Source of the DNA: a virus
IMG/VR virus record: IMGVR_UViG_3300046370_000603
Reading direction: 5' to 3' (one strand)
Length of the DNA: 64,000 nt
The notes beneath the pieces are model-generated. The model ran no database searches. It saw only the letters and a list, made by a program, of their open reading frames with translations, and was not told the DNA's origin. A program made the translations under genes and the position numbers. This document shows positions 48,751 through 58,358 of this stretch, one piece after another. The first letter of the stretch is position 1; each line of letters begins with the position of its first letter.

Positions 48751-48792
48751 ACCAAATAATACAAAAATATCAACTTATTTATATATAAAATT

Positions 48793-49368
48793 ATGAGAGG
48801 TCAAATTCAATTAGATTCAAATGCAGGTAAATTTATTACTGAAACTTGTTCGAGAAATGATGTTTCTACAATCGTAGAAATAGGAACTTGGGAAGGAGGT
48901 GGGTCTACTCAATGCGTGTTGCAGGGAATTCAAAATACTAATAAATCTTTTTTTACTATTGAATGCTGTTTAGAGAAATACAAAATTGCTATTGAAGGCA
49001 AACCAAATTTTAAAAATATTCATTATTTATTTGGTAAAATTATTGAGGAAGAAGATCTTGACCGAGATAATCTTAGCGGTAAAGAACAAGAATGGCTTCG
49101 CATAGATACTGAAGCCATGAATCAGTGCCCTAATGTTTTAGGTTTATTGCCTAATCAGATTGATTTTCTAATTTTAGATGGGGGAGAGTTTTCAACTAGA
49201 CCTGAATTTTTAAAATTAAAAGATAGGGCAAAAACTGTCTTACTCGACGATACTCGTTCTCGAAAGAATAGATTAAATTTTGCTGAACTTTCTGAGGATG
49301 TTAATTACAAAACAATAATTGATTCTCCTGAGAGACATGGATGGGCGGTTTTTGAAAAAATATCATGA
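48793..49368 (+). CDS. SAM-dependent methyltransferase-like protein
   Basis: VEIGTWEGGGST, LILDGGEF, LLDD. Confidence 0.7.
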   Translation: MRGQIQLDSNAGKFITETCSRNDVSTIVEIGTWEGGGSTQCVLQGIQNTNKSFFTIECCLEKYKIAIEGKPNFKNIHYLFGKIIEEEDLDRDNLSGKEQEWLRIDTEAMNQCPNVLGLLPNQIDFLILDGGEFSTRPEFLKLKDRAKTVLLDDTRSRKNRLNFAELSEDVNYKTIIDSPERHGWAVFEKIS

Positions 49369-49718
49369 ATACTGAAACTAAATTTGTAGAAAAAAGATGG
49401 GGGCATGAAATATGGTTCGCAAATAATAAAGAAGAAAATTATTGTGGTAAAGAATTATTCATTAAAGAAGATTGCCATACATCTATGCACTTTCATCTAA
49501 AAAAACATGAAGTATTTTATATACTAGAGGGGCAACTTTATCTTGAATTAATTGATACAAAAACGGGGGATACGAGTTATATTATTTTAAATAAAGGTGA
49601 TAAATACGAAATAGAACAAGGTAAACCTCATCAACTTCACGCTCATCATGGATCAGTTAGATTAATTGAAGCAAGTACATTTCATAAAAATTCTGACTCT
49701 TACAGGGTATACGATTGA
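49365..49718 (+). CDS. Cupin (mannose-6-phosphate isomerase-like)
   Basis: KRWGHE, SMHFH..KHE.FY..G, PH, EAST..DSYR. Confidence 0.85.
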   Translation: MNTETKFVEKRWGHEIWFANNKEENYCGKELFIKEDCHTSMHFHLKKHEVFYILEGQLYLELIDTKTGDTSYIILNKGDKYEIEQGKPHQLHAHHGSVRLIEASTFHKNSDSYRVYD

Positions 49719-49751
49719 TTTAGATATTTTTTATGTGTAACACGCATAATA

Positions 49752-49943
49752 ATGAAAAAATTTTGGTTAATTTGGGCTAGAACTTTAGATCATCGAGTCG
49801 GCAAAACGGACAAAGATCAACCTGATATACCAATTCTTTCTTTGCGGGAAGCTAGATTTAGTTTAATCCTAAGAACAATTATTGTCGTTCTAAATATGGT
49901 GACTTGTTTATTTATAATAGCAAATATAATTAAAAATTGGTAA
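49752..49943 (+). CDS. Small membrane protein
   Basis: C-terminal TM helix; GTGTA motif upstream. Confidence 0.6.
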   Translation: MKKFWLIWARTLDHRVGKTDKDQPDIPILSLREARFSLILRTIIVVLNMVTCLFIIANIIKNW

Positions 49944-50341
49944 TGAGTAAAAAAGAATTACCAGACAATTATGTTCCAAATGCTTATGCCTTGCCATATG
50001 CAAGTAATTTATCTGCCCCTGTCATCAAACCCGATCATAGTCTTGGTGGTTGGAAAATTGGTGCAGTACATTCAGCAAATAAGCATTACGAAGAATTATT
50101 TAATAAATTAAAAAAAGAATTTGAGGAGCTTGCTGAAAATGTGCAATGGAATGAAATCATTTTTAATGCAGAGATGAGAATGAAACCTGTCATTGGAAAT
50201 ATATATCATTTGTACAAAAAAGATAATCAAAAATATTTCATGAGTTTATTTGCCCCAAATGAGTGTTCTTGGGGAGAAAAATACGCAGGTAGTTTTAGAT
50301 TAAATTATGATAATAGATGGGATAAAATAAATTACTCTTGA
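49943..50341 (+). CDS. DUF2452-like protein
   Basis: LPYASNLSAP, KPVIGNIYHLY, SLFAP.E, F.L..D..W. Confidence 0.65.
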   Translation: MSKKELPDNYVPNAYALPYASNLSAPVIKPDHSLGGWKIGAVHSANKHYEELFNKLKKEFEELAENVQWNEIIFNAEMRMKPVIGNIYHLYKKDNQKYFMSLFAPNECSWGEKYAGSFRLNYDNRWDKINYS

Positions 50342-50375
50342 CAATGCTTTATGAGTATAATATACTAGCATCACT

Positions 50376-50978
50376 ATCAATAAAATCGAATACAAAAAAT
50401 ATTTAAAATCTTCCGAATGGAAGACTAAAAGAGAGCGTGTTAAAAAAAGAGACGGATGTCGTTGCGTTATTTGTGGTACAAGCTCAGAACTTCATGTTCA
50501 CCATCGCACTTATGAAAACATTGGTAATGAAAAATTGAGTGACTTAATTACGCTTTGCGGAAGTTGCCATACTCTTTATCATGCCAAAATGCCAAGTTAT
50601 GAGCCTGTTGAAAATTTACCATCGAAACCGATTAATCCAAATAATGGAAAAAAAATATGGAATAAAAAAAAGTGGCTAAAGCAACGATCCTATGCAGAAG
50701 ACGCTATAGATGATCGCACCTTGATACTTCGTGACTGCAATATTAATAATCCAATTAGAATTACAAAAAAAATCTTAACGCTTTGTCTAACTTTCGGATG
50801 TGGCTTACATAAAGAAGCTCACTATACTTTGCTTACAAAAAATAATTTAAGACAAAAATCGGGTTGGCAATCAAAAGTTCGTAGAAAATTTATATCATAT
50901 AAAGACTTGGAGTCCTTATTTCAATTCACTCAACAAAGAGAAGCTTCTCAAATCAGAGAAAATACAAAACACTATTGA
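50376..50978 (+). CDS. HNH endonuclease whose apparent start is ATC (non-canonical or mutated ATG)
   Basis: Frame is open from 50361. YLKSSEW...RDGCRCVICG...LHVHHRTY lies upstream of the track's TTG start, which begins just before LITLCGSCH. Confidence 0.7.
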   Translation: MNKIEYKKYLKSSEWKTKRERVKKRDGCRCVICGTSSELHVHHRTYENIGNEKLSDLITLCGSCHTLYHAKMPSYEPVENLPSKPINPNNGKKIWNKKKWLKQRSYAEDAIDDRTLILRDCNINNPIRITKKILTLCLTFGCGLHKEAHYTLLTKNNLRQKSGWQSKVRRKFISYKDLESLFQFTQQREASQIRENTKHY

Positions 50979-51012
50979 CATTCTTAATTTCTTATTATAA
51001 TATTAATTTATT

Positions 51013-51246
51013 ATGAAAAGAGGAAGACCAAAAGGACATAGCCCTTATACAGAAATTAGTTATGAAGACCTAAGCGATTGGGTTGGATGCAAAACCAAAA
51101 TCCCTGTTTCTAAAAAGTGGTTGCAGGTTTTAATGGGAAATGAAACGGAAGATGATATTTCTGTTGACAATTCGCCAAAAGAAGTGGATACTAAAGACAT
51201 TGACTCTAAAATTGAATATACTTTAACCAAATTTGATAATGAATAA
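51013..51246 (+). CDS. Small protein with AT-hook-like KRGRPKG
   Basis: N-terminal RGRP; TTGACA promoter at 50975. Confidence 0.6.
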   Translation: MKRGRPKGHSPYTEISYEDLSDWVGCKTKIPVSKKWLQVLMGNETEDDISVDNSPKEVDTKDIDSKIEYTLTKFDNE

Positions 51247-52165
51247 TTACTTTTCTCATCTTGTAGGTCAGAATGCAGTTAAGAAAAAGCTATCTTTCTA
51301 TCTTGATGCTTTTCACAAAACCTCTCAATGCCCATTTCTATTAATGTCGGGTGCTAAAGGTTTGGGTAAAACTGAATTCGCCAAATCTTTCGCCAAGAAT
51401 CTTTATAATAGAGATGGCGACAGAAGATCGTTTCTTGAATTAAATTGCTCTACCATTAAAAATAATGAACAATTTTTTGAGCAAATTTTTCTACCTCTTA
51501 TTGCTGATAATGAAATTACAATTTTATTTGATGAGTGTCATGCCTTGCCTCATGATCTTACAATGGCTTTTTTAACAATTTTTAACGCCGAAACTAATAG
51601 TAGAAAAACTTTCGAGTGGAATGAAATGACATTTGAATTTAATTTTAAGCAACAAACTTTTATTTTTGCAACAACTGAAACTGACAAAATTTTCCCCCCA
51701 TTAAAAGATAGAATGACTGCTGTAGATTTTGAGCCTTATTCACAAGACGATTTATCTGCCATCGTTCAGCTTTGTATTCCCGAAATTCAGTTCGTGGATG
51801 GTGTTGAGGATAGGGTTGCTTCGACCATTAGAGGTAATGCTCGTAGTGCAGTAAAACGCTCTAAAGAAATACAATTATATTGCGGTGCAAAAGAAAGTTC
51901 CTACTTCAGTAATGAAGATTTTGATGATTTGTGCGACAAAGTTGGAATTCTTCCCTTTGGCATTACTCATACTGAAAAACAAATTCTTCAAGCTCTAAAT
52001 AATTGTGGTTCAGCAACTCTCACAGGACTTGCGGCTAAGATTGGTATGAGTAAAACTGCCCTACAGAGAGATCATGAACTTTATTTATTAAATAAAAATT
52101 TAATTGAGATAGATGGAAAGAGAAAAATAACAGGTCAAGGCATTGACCTTTGCAAAACTTTTTAA
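51239..52165 (+). CDS. ruvB: RuvB-like Holliday junction branch-migration ATPase
   Basis: LVGQ..VK, GAKGLGKT, FDECH, ATTE...PLKDR, RGNAR, E.YL winged-helix tail. Confidence 0.8.
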   Translation: MNNYFSHLVGQNAVKKKLSFYLDAFHKTSQCPFLLMSGAKGLGKTEFAKSFAKNLYNRDGDRRSFLELNCSTIKNNEQFFEQIFLPLIADNEITILFDECHALPHDLTMAFLTIFNAETNSRKTFEWNEMTFEFNFKQQTFIFATTETDKIFPPLKDRMTAVDFEPYSQDDLSAIVQLCIPEIQFVDGVEDRVASTIRGNARSAVKRSKEIQLYCGAKESSYFSNEDFDDLCDKVGILPFGITHTEKQILQALNNCGSATLTGLAAKIGMSKTALQRDHELYLLNKNLIEIDGKRKITGQGIDLCKTF

Positions 52166-52167
52166 AT

Positions 52168-52356
52168 ATGAAACTAAACTCGGAAACTCAACATAATTTT
52201 CTAAAATTAGTGGAAGAACTCAATGAATTATCTCTTGAATTAATTCATGCGGTAAATAAAGTTAATAAAAATAATTTAGATAAAATATCCAATGAAATTA
52301 AAGATGTTGAAAAGTATTTAAATATTTTAAAAAAATATCTTGACTCACAATCCTAA
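52168..52356 (+). CDS. Small coiled-coil protein
   Basis: ATG at 52168. Confidence 0.5.
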   Translation: MKLNSETQHNFLKLVEELNELSLELIHAVNKVNKNNLDKISNEIKDVEKYLNILKKYLDSQS

Positions 52357-52374
52357 ATATACTATATTTCAGAC

Positions 52375-53379
52375 ATGGATACTATACTAGGTTTAACTTG
52401 CATTAGTGAAGAGTTAAAAGATAAGGACAAGAAAAAATATTCTTTTCGCACAATGACTCGCAAACGCTTCAATGATTTGTGTAACCAAGAAGGTAGAGAT
52501 GAAGCGGTCAATCAATTATCTGAAAGAATTTTGCACAATGTTGTTGTTACTGAATATATTGTCAATCATTGCAATTCCTCAAATATTGGGCATTATCGTC
52601 TTAGTTCTGCTCTTTTTCCTCTCCTTACCGACCAAACTTTGGACATTTCTCTTGGAGATTTGCCTCACAAAGCAAGAATAGAAAAAGGCTTAGAGCTAGT
52701 AGGTTTAATTGCTAAAAAGTTTGATATATCAATTGGTTCTCACCCCGATCAATTTAATGTTCTCGCATCTCCCGATAGAGAAAAAGTTAATCGCACGATA
52801 AATGAACTTAATTTTCAAGCAAGTGTCCTTGATATGGTCGGCTTACCTCAAGATCATACTGCTCCGATGAATATTCATGTCAACTATACTCCAAAAATAG
52901 ATGAAACCTTAGAGATAGTTGCTACTAGATTTTTTCGTAATCTTTCTATGTGTGATGCAGGTGTTTACAAACGATTAACTATCGAAAACGAAGATAAAGG
53001 CTTCTTCAATGTAGATAACTGCATTAAATTTAGTGATTATTTATTTAATATGTGGGGAGTAAGCATTCCTGTTTGTTACGATAATTTACATGATTTTTGC
53101 AACCCCTCAGAGGTTGAAAGTATAAATTATCAAGCAGAAAGATGTGCTTATACATGGGTCAATCAGAAGCAAAGTGAAGATATTGTTTCTAATTTCATTG
53201 CTCCTGTCTTCCATTGGTCGGAAGGTAACCCAAGTAAACCTCGCTCTCATGCAGATTACTTTGCCCTCGGTCATATTCCACCTATTATTGCCATTGACCC
53301 CGATGAGCAAGTTAAATGGGAGTGTGAAGTTAAACAAAAAGATAAAGCAATTAAACTTTTACAAGAACAAATGGCATGA
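52375..53379 (+). CDS. uvsE: UV-damage endonuclease
   Basis: YRLSSALFP, HPDQFNVL.S, NIHV, RLTIENED, YDNLH, HWSE...HAD, EVKQKD.A. Confidence 0.92.
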   Translation: MDTILGLTCISEELKDKDKKKYSFRTMTRKRFNDLCNQEGRDEAVNQLSERILHNVVVTEYIVNHCNSSNIGHYRLSSALFPLLTDQTLDISLGDLPHKARIEKGLELVGLIAKKFDISIGSHPDQFNVLASPDREKVNRTINELNFQASVLDMVGLPQDHTAPMNIHVNYTPKIDETLEIVATRFFRNLSMCDAGVYKRLTIENEDKGFFNVDNCIKFSDYLFNMWGVSIPVCYDNLHDFCNPSEVESINYQAERCAYTWVNQKQSEDIVSNFIAPVFHWSEGNPSKPRSHADYFALGHIPPIIAIDPDEQVKWECEVKQKDKAIKLLQEQMA

Positions 53380-53927
53380 AAAAAAATTTAAATAAATTAG
53401 AAGTTGGCGATCACATTAAAGAGAGAGCTTTAAAAATAAAAAGGCGAGTTGGTCAGATAGTAACTATTCTTGACGATAGCAAAACAAATCCAACCCTTGA
53501 ATGTATTTTAGTTCATCCTAGAACTCTTCTACCGATAGAGAATCTTTTTGGTCAGCATAAAGTATTTAAAATTAAAAGGGATAATACTAAGTATTATGTC
53601 CCGCGTCAAAAACTTTTTGAGAAGAAATCTTTTGAAATAGGCAACTATATATCTTATAAAAGTAAAGCTCGATTAAAATATGGAAGAATTATTTGCTACT
53701 TAAATCAAGAAGAAGGATTATACCCAAAATCTTATGATCTACACAAGCATAATGGCAAAGATTTGTTAGAGTGTGTTGAAATAAATCCAAATAATCTAAA
53801 AAGAATACTTAATGCAGATGACCATCCGAATATCTTTGTTGCTGATTCAAACAAAGCAAAGATTGTGAGAGTGCTAGATAAAGATGAAAATGGCAAGCCA
53901 ATCATACCTTTAAGGCTTGACATTTAA
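53376..53927 (+). CDS. Protein with two internally duplicated SH3/KOW-like modules
   Basis: LEVGDHI...GQIV...LECILVHP versus FEIGNYI...GRII...LECVEINP. Confidence 0.55.
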   Translation: MKKNLNKLEVGDHIKERALKIKRRVGQIVTILDDSKTNPTLECILVHPRTLLPIENLFGQHKVFKIKRDNTKYYVPRQKLFEKKSFEIGNYISYKSKARLKYGRIICYLNQEEGLYPKSYDLHKHNGKDLLECVEINPNNLKRILNADDHPNIFVADSNKAKIVRVLDKDENGKPIIPLRLDI

Positions 53928-53951
53928 TTTTTTTTGATTTAAGTTGATACC

Positions 53952-54374
53952 ATGATGAAAAATATACTAAACATAGTTTTGCTTATTAGTTTCAGTTTTT
54001 GCTTTGGCAACCACAAAGATGAAAAATTTGGCTTTGTCGAAGGTGAAGTTTACAATCCTTGTAAAGTTACCAAGGATACTTTTGGGGCTATTAAAAATGA
54101 ATACGGACAATGGGTATTGCCTATCGGTCATCCAATGCTTGATTTAATTAAAGAGGGATATATGATTCATCCCAAAAAACCAAATGTTGTTATACCTAAC
54201 CCTTATAGCACAGCAGGAAGAAAATTAATAGCCTCATTAAAGCCTAAATACGCTCCTTCAAGAGGATTTAAAACTGAAACAAAACACTATCCTAGCGATA
54301 GCAACTCGCATTATAAAGAGCAAGGAATTGCTTCAGATTTTCTTAGAGAAAAAAGAGCTAATGCAAAAAAGTAA
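53952..54374 (+). CDS. Putative exported protein
   Basis: Signal-peptide-like N-terminus; leaderless promoter TTGACA(53917)-17-TAAGTT-6-ATG. Confidence 0.55.
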   Translation: MMKNILNIVLLISFSFCFGNHKDEKFGFVEGEVYNPCKVTKDTFGAIKNEYGQWVLPIGHPMLDLIKEGYMIHPKKPNVVIPNPYSTAGRKLIASLKPKYAPSRGFKTETKHYPSDSNSHYKEQGIASDFLREKRANAKK

Positions 54375-54852
54375 TATAAAAATAATAGAAGGTAATCTTC
54401 TTGACTTTCCTAATGATATAAATTTCATAGCCCATTCGTGCAACACGCAAAATATCATGGGTGCAGGTATCGCTAGGCAAATAAAAGACCGATACCCTAT
54501 GGCATATGAAGCTGATCGTCATGCAATGTACGAAGACCAAGTAGGCTTGGGGAGCTTTAGTTTTGCTTGGACTGATGCTACCCAAAGTAAAGGTATATAC
54601 AATATGTACACTCAAGACAGAATAGGTGGACAAAGAGCAGTTGATTATGAAGGTTTTTACTTAACTTTAGAGAATGTCGCAAATCATATTGAATGGCAAG
54701 ATGAACACGATGGTACAACTTCTACTTTTGGTTTACCTTGGATGATTTCTTGTGGACTTGCGGGAGGCAGTTGGGGAATTATTTTCTCAATGTTAAATTA
54801 TATTTTAGTTGACAGACGCTTTCAAACATATATAGTTAGATACCATGAATAA
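54361..54852 (+). CDS. Macrodomain (ADP-ribose-processing) protein
   Basis: IEGNLL, AHSCN...MGAGIARQI, NMYTQ, ISCGLAGGSW. Confidence 0.88.
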   Translation: MQKSNIKIIEGNLLDFPNDINFIAHSCNTQNIMGAGIARQIKDRYPMAYEADRHAMYEDQVGLGSFSFAWTDATQSKGIYNMYTQDRIGGQRAVDYEGFYLTLENVANHIEWQDEHDGTTSTFGLPWMISCGLAGGSWGIIFSMLNYILVDRRFQTYIVRYHE

Positions 54853-55102
54853 ATTAGAAGAAGCAATGGGCAATATGTCCAACATTCAAGATGACATTGA
54901 TGCACTCATCTATGCTATCGGAGATGCACCTCGAAAATATACAGAAGATGAATTATTAAATATGCTCATTGGCATGAATCAGCTACATAAAACTCGTTGT
55001 GAAATGATGTGGCAAGAATATGAAGCCAATAGAAACAAATGCAATACAAATAATGACCCTATAGTCCAAAGTCTGTACGGAGATGGAACATTAAAAAAAT
55101 AA
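54845..55102 (+). CDS. Hypothetical protein
   Basis: EDELLNMLIGM; TTGACA promoter inside the upstream gene. Confidence 0.65.
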   Translation: MNKLEEAMGNMSNIQDDIDALIYAIGDAPRKYTEDELLNMLIGMNQLHKTRCEMMWQEYEANRNKCNTNNDPIVQSLYGDGTLKK

Positions 55103-55107
55103 AAATA

Positions 55108-55497
55108 ATGATTGAATTAGAAAAACCTTGGCAAGCTCCTAGAGAAGTTGCGTTAGCAATTATTGACCTAGCGATGACTCATATTAAAAAAGTCGAACTT
55201 AATCCCGAAGTTGAAACTGAAGGAGATAACTTTGACTATTGGAATAGTTACAAATTAGAAGATGGCACTTTTGTAGACTACAACATTTATTGTGGTGATG
55301 ATGTTGGAGAATTTACCGAGGATGGTGAGTTTAAATATGGTGACCCAAGTGAATGGTCATGGGACATTGCTTGCTATGCGGTTGATCCACCAACTAAAGA
55401 CAATCCTTATCATCAAATAGATACAGATAGAACACAATATTTATTTAATTATAATAAAGATGGAAAAAGAGAAATAGTTTTTCAAGATTTTGTGTAA
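55108..55497 (+). CDS. Acidic hypothetical protein
   Basis: ORF track. Confidence 0.65.
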   Translation: MIELEKPWQAPREVALAIIDLAMTHIKKVELNPEVETEGDNFDYWNSYKLEDGTFVDYNIYCGDDVGEFTEDGEFKYGDPSEWSWDIACYAVDPPTKDNPYHQIDTDRTQYLFNYNKDGKREIVFQDFV

Positions 55498-55505
55498 TAT
55501 ATTTT

Positions 55506-55637
55506 GTGCAATTTTTTTGGAAATTAATAAATAATGCGTATAACAGATTGGCTAATATTATTACTTATAATGATTATCTTATTATTGAGCTTTCAATTCT
55601 TTTTTTTATAATTTATTTTTTAATATATTCATTTTAA
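55506..55637 (+). CDS. 43-aa membrane micropeptide, not in the ORF track
   Basis: GTG 14 nt after a GTGTA motif (55492); hydrophobic tail LIIELSILFFIIYFLIYSF. Confidence 0.45.
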   Translation: MQFFWKLINNAYNRLANIITYNDYLIIELSILFFIIYFLIYSF

Positions 55638-55638
55638 T

Positions 55639-55941
55639 ATGCAAAATACAATAGATAAAATAATACAATGGCACAAAGATCGTAACCTCATTGATGGGTC
55701 TGACGATAAAACTCAAACTTTAAAGTTATTACAAGAACTTGGGGAACTTTCAGATTCTGTATGCAAAGAAAAACCTATTCTTGACGACATTGGAGATATG
55801 CTAGTAGTAATGATCAACATTTGTGAAAGAAATCAAGTCTCCCTTGAAGATTGTCTCAAGGTTGCTTATGAGGATATAAAAGATCGTAAAGGCAAGATGG
55901 TTGATGGTGTTTTCGTAAAAGAATCTGATTTAATAGCTTGA
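55639..55941 (+). CDS. MazG-like NTP pyrophosphohydrolase
   Basis: KLLQELGEL...DDIGD...AYEDIKDRKG. Confidence 0.85.
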   Translation: MQNTIDKIIQWHKDRNLIDGSDDKTQTLKLLQELGELSDSVCKEKPILDDIGDMLVVMINICERNQVSLEDCLKVAYEDIKDRKGKMVDGVFVKESDLIA

Positions 55942-55975
55942 CATAATTGTTTGCTTGCTTTAATCTGTTGTTATT

Positions 55976-56569
55976 ATGAGCGGAGAAGGTTTATCAGTTA
56001 GTTTTAGAAGAACGCCCCTTACGGACAAGTCTAATGCGGAACTCCTTGAAGAGTTTCAAAAGATCATCTACAATAGTAGAGTCATGAGACACATGAAATG
56101 GTATGGCAAAGCTCATACTCTCGACATATTAGAACATGGTGACGACAATCGACAAAAGTTTGAGCAAGAATATGTTGCAATTATAGATACTTTTCAATTT
56201 GAGATTAGTGTTTATGATTCTTGGTATGAAGATGCTGATCTTTATGAGTCGCATGAAGTAGAAGATAGTTTTGTATCTCTTGCTCTTGAGTTCGCTAAAG
56301 ACAATAATTTAATGTATTTCTCCCAAGGTTTTCCTGCTGAATGGATAGAGACAGAAACTGCTGATGGAGAAAGATGTTGGAATCATTATAGTGTAAAACC
56401 CGATGATAAAAATATTGACAAAATATGCAAGGTATGGCATGATTATGGCATGAAAATGATTCAAGCAGAGCAATATGGTCAAACCGATGAGATGAAAAGT
56501 TTTTATTGGGCAAATGCAAGAGATCAAATTAAAGAATTAATGGAACATGAATATGAATACGCAAAATAG
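55976..56569 (+). CDS. Hypothetical protein
   Basis: Promoter TTGACA(55938)-17-TAATCT-9-ATG. Confidence 0.65.
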   Translation: MSGEGLSVSFRRTPLTDKSNAELLEEFQKIIYNSRVMRHMKWYGKAHTLDILEHGDDNRQKFEQEYVAIIDTFQFEISVYDSWYEDADLYESHEVEDSFVSLALEFAKDNNLMYFSQGFPAEWIETETADGERCWNHYSVKPDDKNIDKICKVWHDYGMKMIQAEQYGQTDEMKSFYWANARDQIKELMEHEYEYAK

Positions 56570-56924
56570 GTCAGAAAGTTGGTTGGTAGAGCAATATAAT
56601 CGAAATCGTTTGCCATCAAAACATATTTCAAATACAAATGAAATCTCAAATGCTTATTCAGAAAGTTGGTTGACGATCAGGCAAGAAGATGATACAGACA
56701 ATTGGTCTACCCCGATTATGTGGTTAGATGACAGATCAGAATATGATCTCTTTGCGTCTAACGATCTCAATATAGATTGGGTAGAAGAGATGGATAAAGA
56801 AGGCTCTCCAATCTTAGAAGATGATCATCTTTGCAGAGATATTTGCATTGAAGTAACTTGTCCATCGAAAAAACTTGACAAGCGTAGAGCGGTGGGTTAT
56901 AATATAGACTTTGATTGGAACTAA
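56547..56924 (+). CDS. Hypothetical protein containing a 15-bp direct repeat
   Basis: tcagaaagttggttg at 56571 and 56658 (SESWL twice). Confidence 0.55.
   Translation: MNMNTQNRSESWLVEQYNRNRLPSKHISNTNEISNAYSESWLTIRQEDDTDNWSTPIMWLDDRSEYDLFASNDLNIDWVEEMDKEGSPILEDDHLCRDICIEVTCPSKKLDKRRAVGYNIDFDWN
56875..56903 (+). promoter_or_regulatory. Perfect-consensus sigma70 promoter inside a gene 3' end
   Basis: TTGACA(56875)-17-TATAAT(56898). Confidence 0.85.
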
Positions 56925-56926
56925 TT

Positions 56927-57244
56927 ATGAAACTATCACTTACATTGCACAAAAAAACTTATAGTATTGATTCGGACGAATCATTTGACGGCACAAATCT
57001 TAATGAATTAGTAGAACAATTTAAAGGTTTGCTCGTCAATGCAGGATTTCACCCAAGCAATGTAGATGATATGTTCAATACAGACTATCAATGGTTTACT
57101 GAAGAAGAAAGAAATGATAATACGCAAGGTCATTTAAAAGATAGCAGATACAATGATGGTTACACCAAAGGTTGGGATGAAGCGTTACACCATCGCAAAG
57201 TTCAAGATTTTCAAGATAATTTATATAAAAATATGACTGAATAA
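56927..57244 (+). CDS. Hypothetical protein
   Basis: ATG at 56927. Confidence 0.6.
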   Translation: MKLSLTLHKKTYSIDSDESFDGTNLNELVEQFKGLLVNAGFHPSNVDDMFNTDYQWFTEEERNDNTQGHLKDSRYNDGYTKGWDEALHHRKVQDFQDNLYKNMTE

Positions 57245-57248
57245 AATT

Positions 57249-57440
57249 ATGATTCAAATAGAAGACGCTAATCAAGAAAAATATCATATAAATCCTAAGC
57301 AAGTTGTTTATGTAAAAGAAAGAATGCACATGGGTAAAATGATGTATAAAATTATGCTTACGAATGGCGAGGCATTAATGACAGAAAACGAGCATGGTGC
57401 AAAATGTATCATCTCTTCAATAAGATCGAGATCACAATGA
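57249..57440 (+). CDS. Small beta-rich protein (weakly FlbD-like)
   Basis: YHINPKQV...IMLTNGE. Confidence 0.5.
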   Translation: MIQIEDANQEKYHINPKQVVYVKERMHMGKMMYKIMLTNGEALMTENEHGAKCIISSIRSRSQ

Positions 57441-57727
57441 TTGAAAAAGAAGTGATATTAAAAGAAACCTCTGATGGTGATTTGTTTTTTACTATCCCTA
57501 ACGATGTTCTTGAAAGATTGGGTTGGAAGGAAGGTGATGATTTAAAATTTGAAGAGAAAAATGGTTCGGTTTTAATTCGTAAAGTCAAATATGAAAGCGT
57601 GGAGCTAGAATTTGATGACGAACAATTGCTCAAATATATGATGGTTGCACACGAAAAAGGTATTACATTTAATGAACTTTGCGAGGAAGCAATCAAAGCT
57701 AAATTTAATGAGGTTGATCCTAAGTAA
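57437..57727 (+). CDS. AbrB/MazE/SpoVT-like DNA-binding protein
   Basis: FTIPNDVLERLGWKEGDDLKF. Confidence 0.75.
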   Translation: MIEKEVILKETSDGDLFFTIPNDVLERLGWKEGDDLKFEEKNGSVLIRKVKYESVELEFDDEQLLKYMMVAHEKGITFNELCEEAIKAKFNEVDPK

Positions 57728-57875
57728 AATATTATATCACATTGGAGACTTAATTAGTAAATTATTTTATTATAATTGCTTTGCTTGGCTATATCCTCTA
57801 TACAATAGAATAATGGGTTTGAGTTGCAATCTTGACAAAGACGCAAAAGTATGGAAATATAAAAAATATGAATGA
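57708..57875 (+). CDS. Hypothetical protein
   Basis: ATG at 57708, MRLILSKILYHIGDLIS. Confidence 0.55.
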   Translation: MRLILSKILYHIGDLISKLFYYNCFAWLYPLYNRIMGLSCNLDKDAKVWKYKKYE

Positions 57876-58344
57876 AATAGGAAAACAGAAAAATAAATTC
57901 AAAGAAGAATTATCTAAACATATCCTCTTTTTATTAGATGATCCTTGGTTTCAAGAACTTTACTTTAGTGCTAGTGATGAAACTTTAGAGCTTAATAATG
58001 CAATTGAAGATACTCTTTTTAAATATGAGTCTTGTTTTAATAATTCGCTTAGTGATTTATTTAATTTTAAGCAAGTGGGAATTATAATCGCTCACAATAT
58101 TTATCGAGGAATTATTGAAGAACTTAATGAATTATTAAATAATGGTGATATGAAGTTTGAAAATGGATCATGGGTTTTCTCTAAAAAAACTTATACAAAA
58201 AAATCTATTTGTAAAAAAATTGTGGAAAATGTTTTAGATTCCAAATTCTCCAAGAAAGATGAACCAATTTCCATACCTTATTTCCATAATGAATTTCATG
58301 ATTACGATAAAGAGGATAATAGTCGTATAATTCATTTTGCGTAA
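57868..58344 (+). CDS. Hypothetical protein
   Basis: ATG at 57868. Confidence 0.55.
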   Translation: MNEIGKQKNKFKEELSKHILFLLDDPWFQELYFSASDETLELNNAIEDTLFKYESCFNNSLSDLFNFKQVGIIIAHNIYRGIIEELNELLNNGDMKFENGSWVFSKKTYTKKSICKKIVENVLDSKFSKKDEPISIPYFHNEFHDYDKEDNSRIIHFA

Positions 58345-58358
58345 ATCAAAGGCATGAT

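Noticed and set aside
56571-56672. 15-bp direct repeat as att site or mini-array
   Set aside because: Only two in-frame copies and no integrase nearby; most likely a local duplication.
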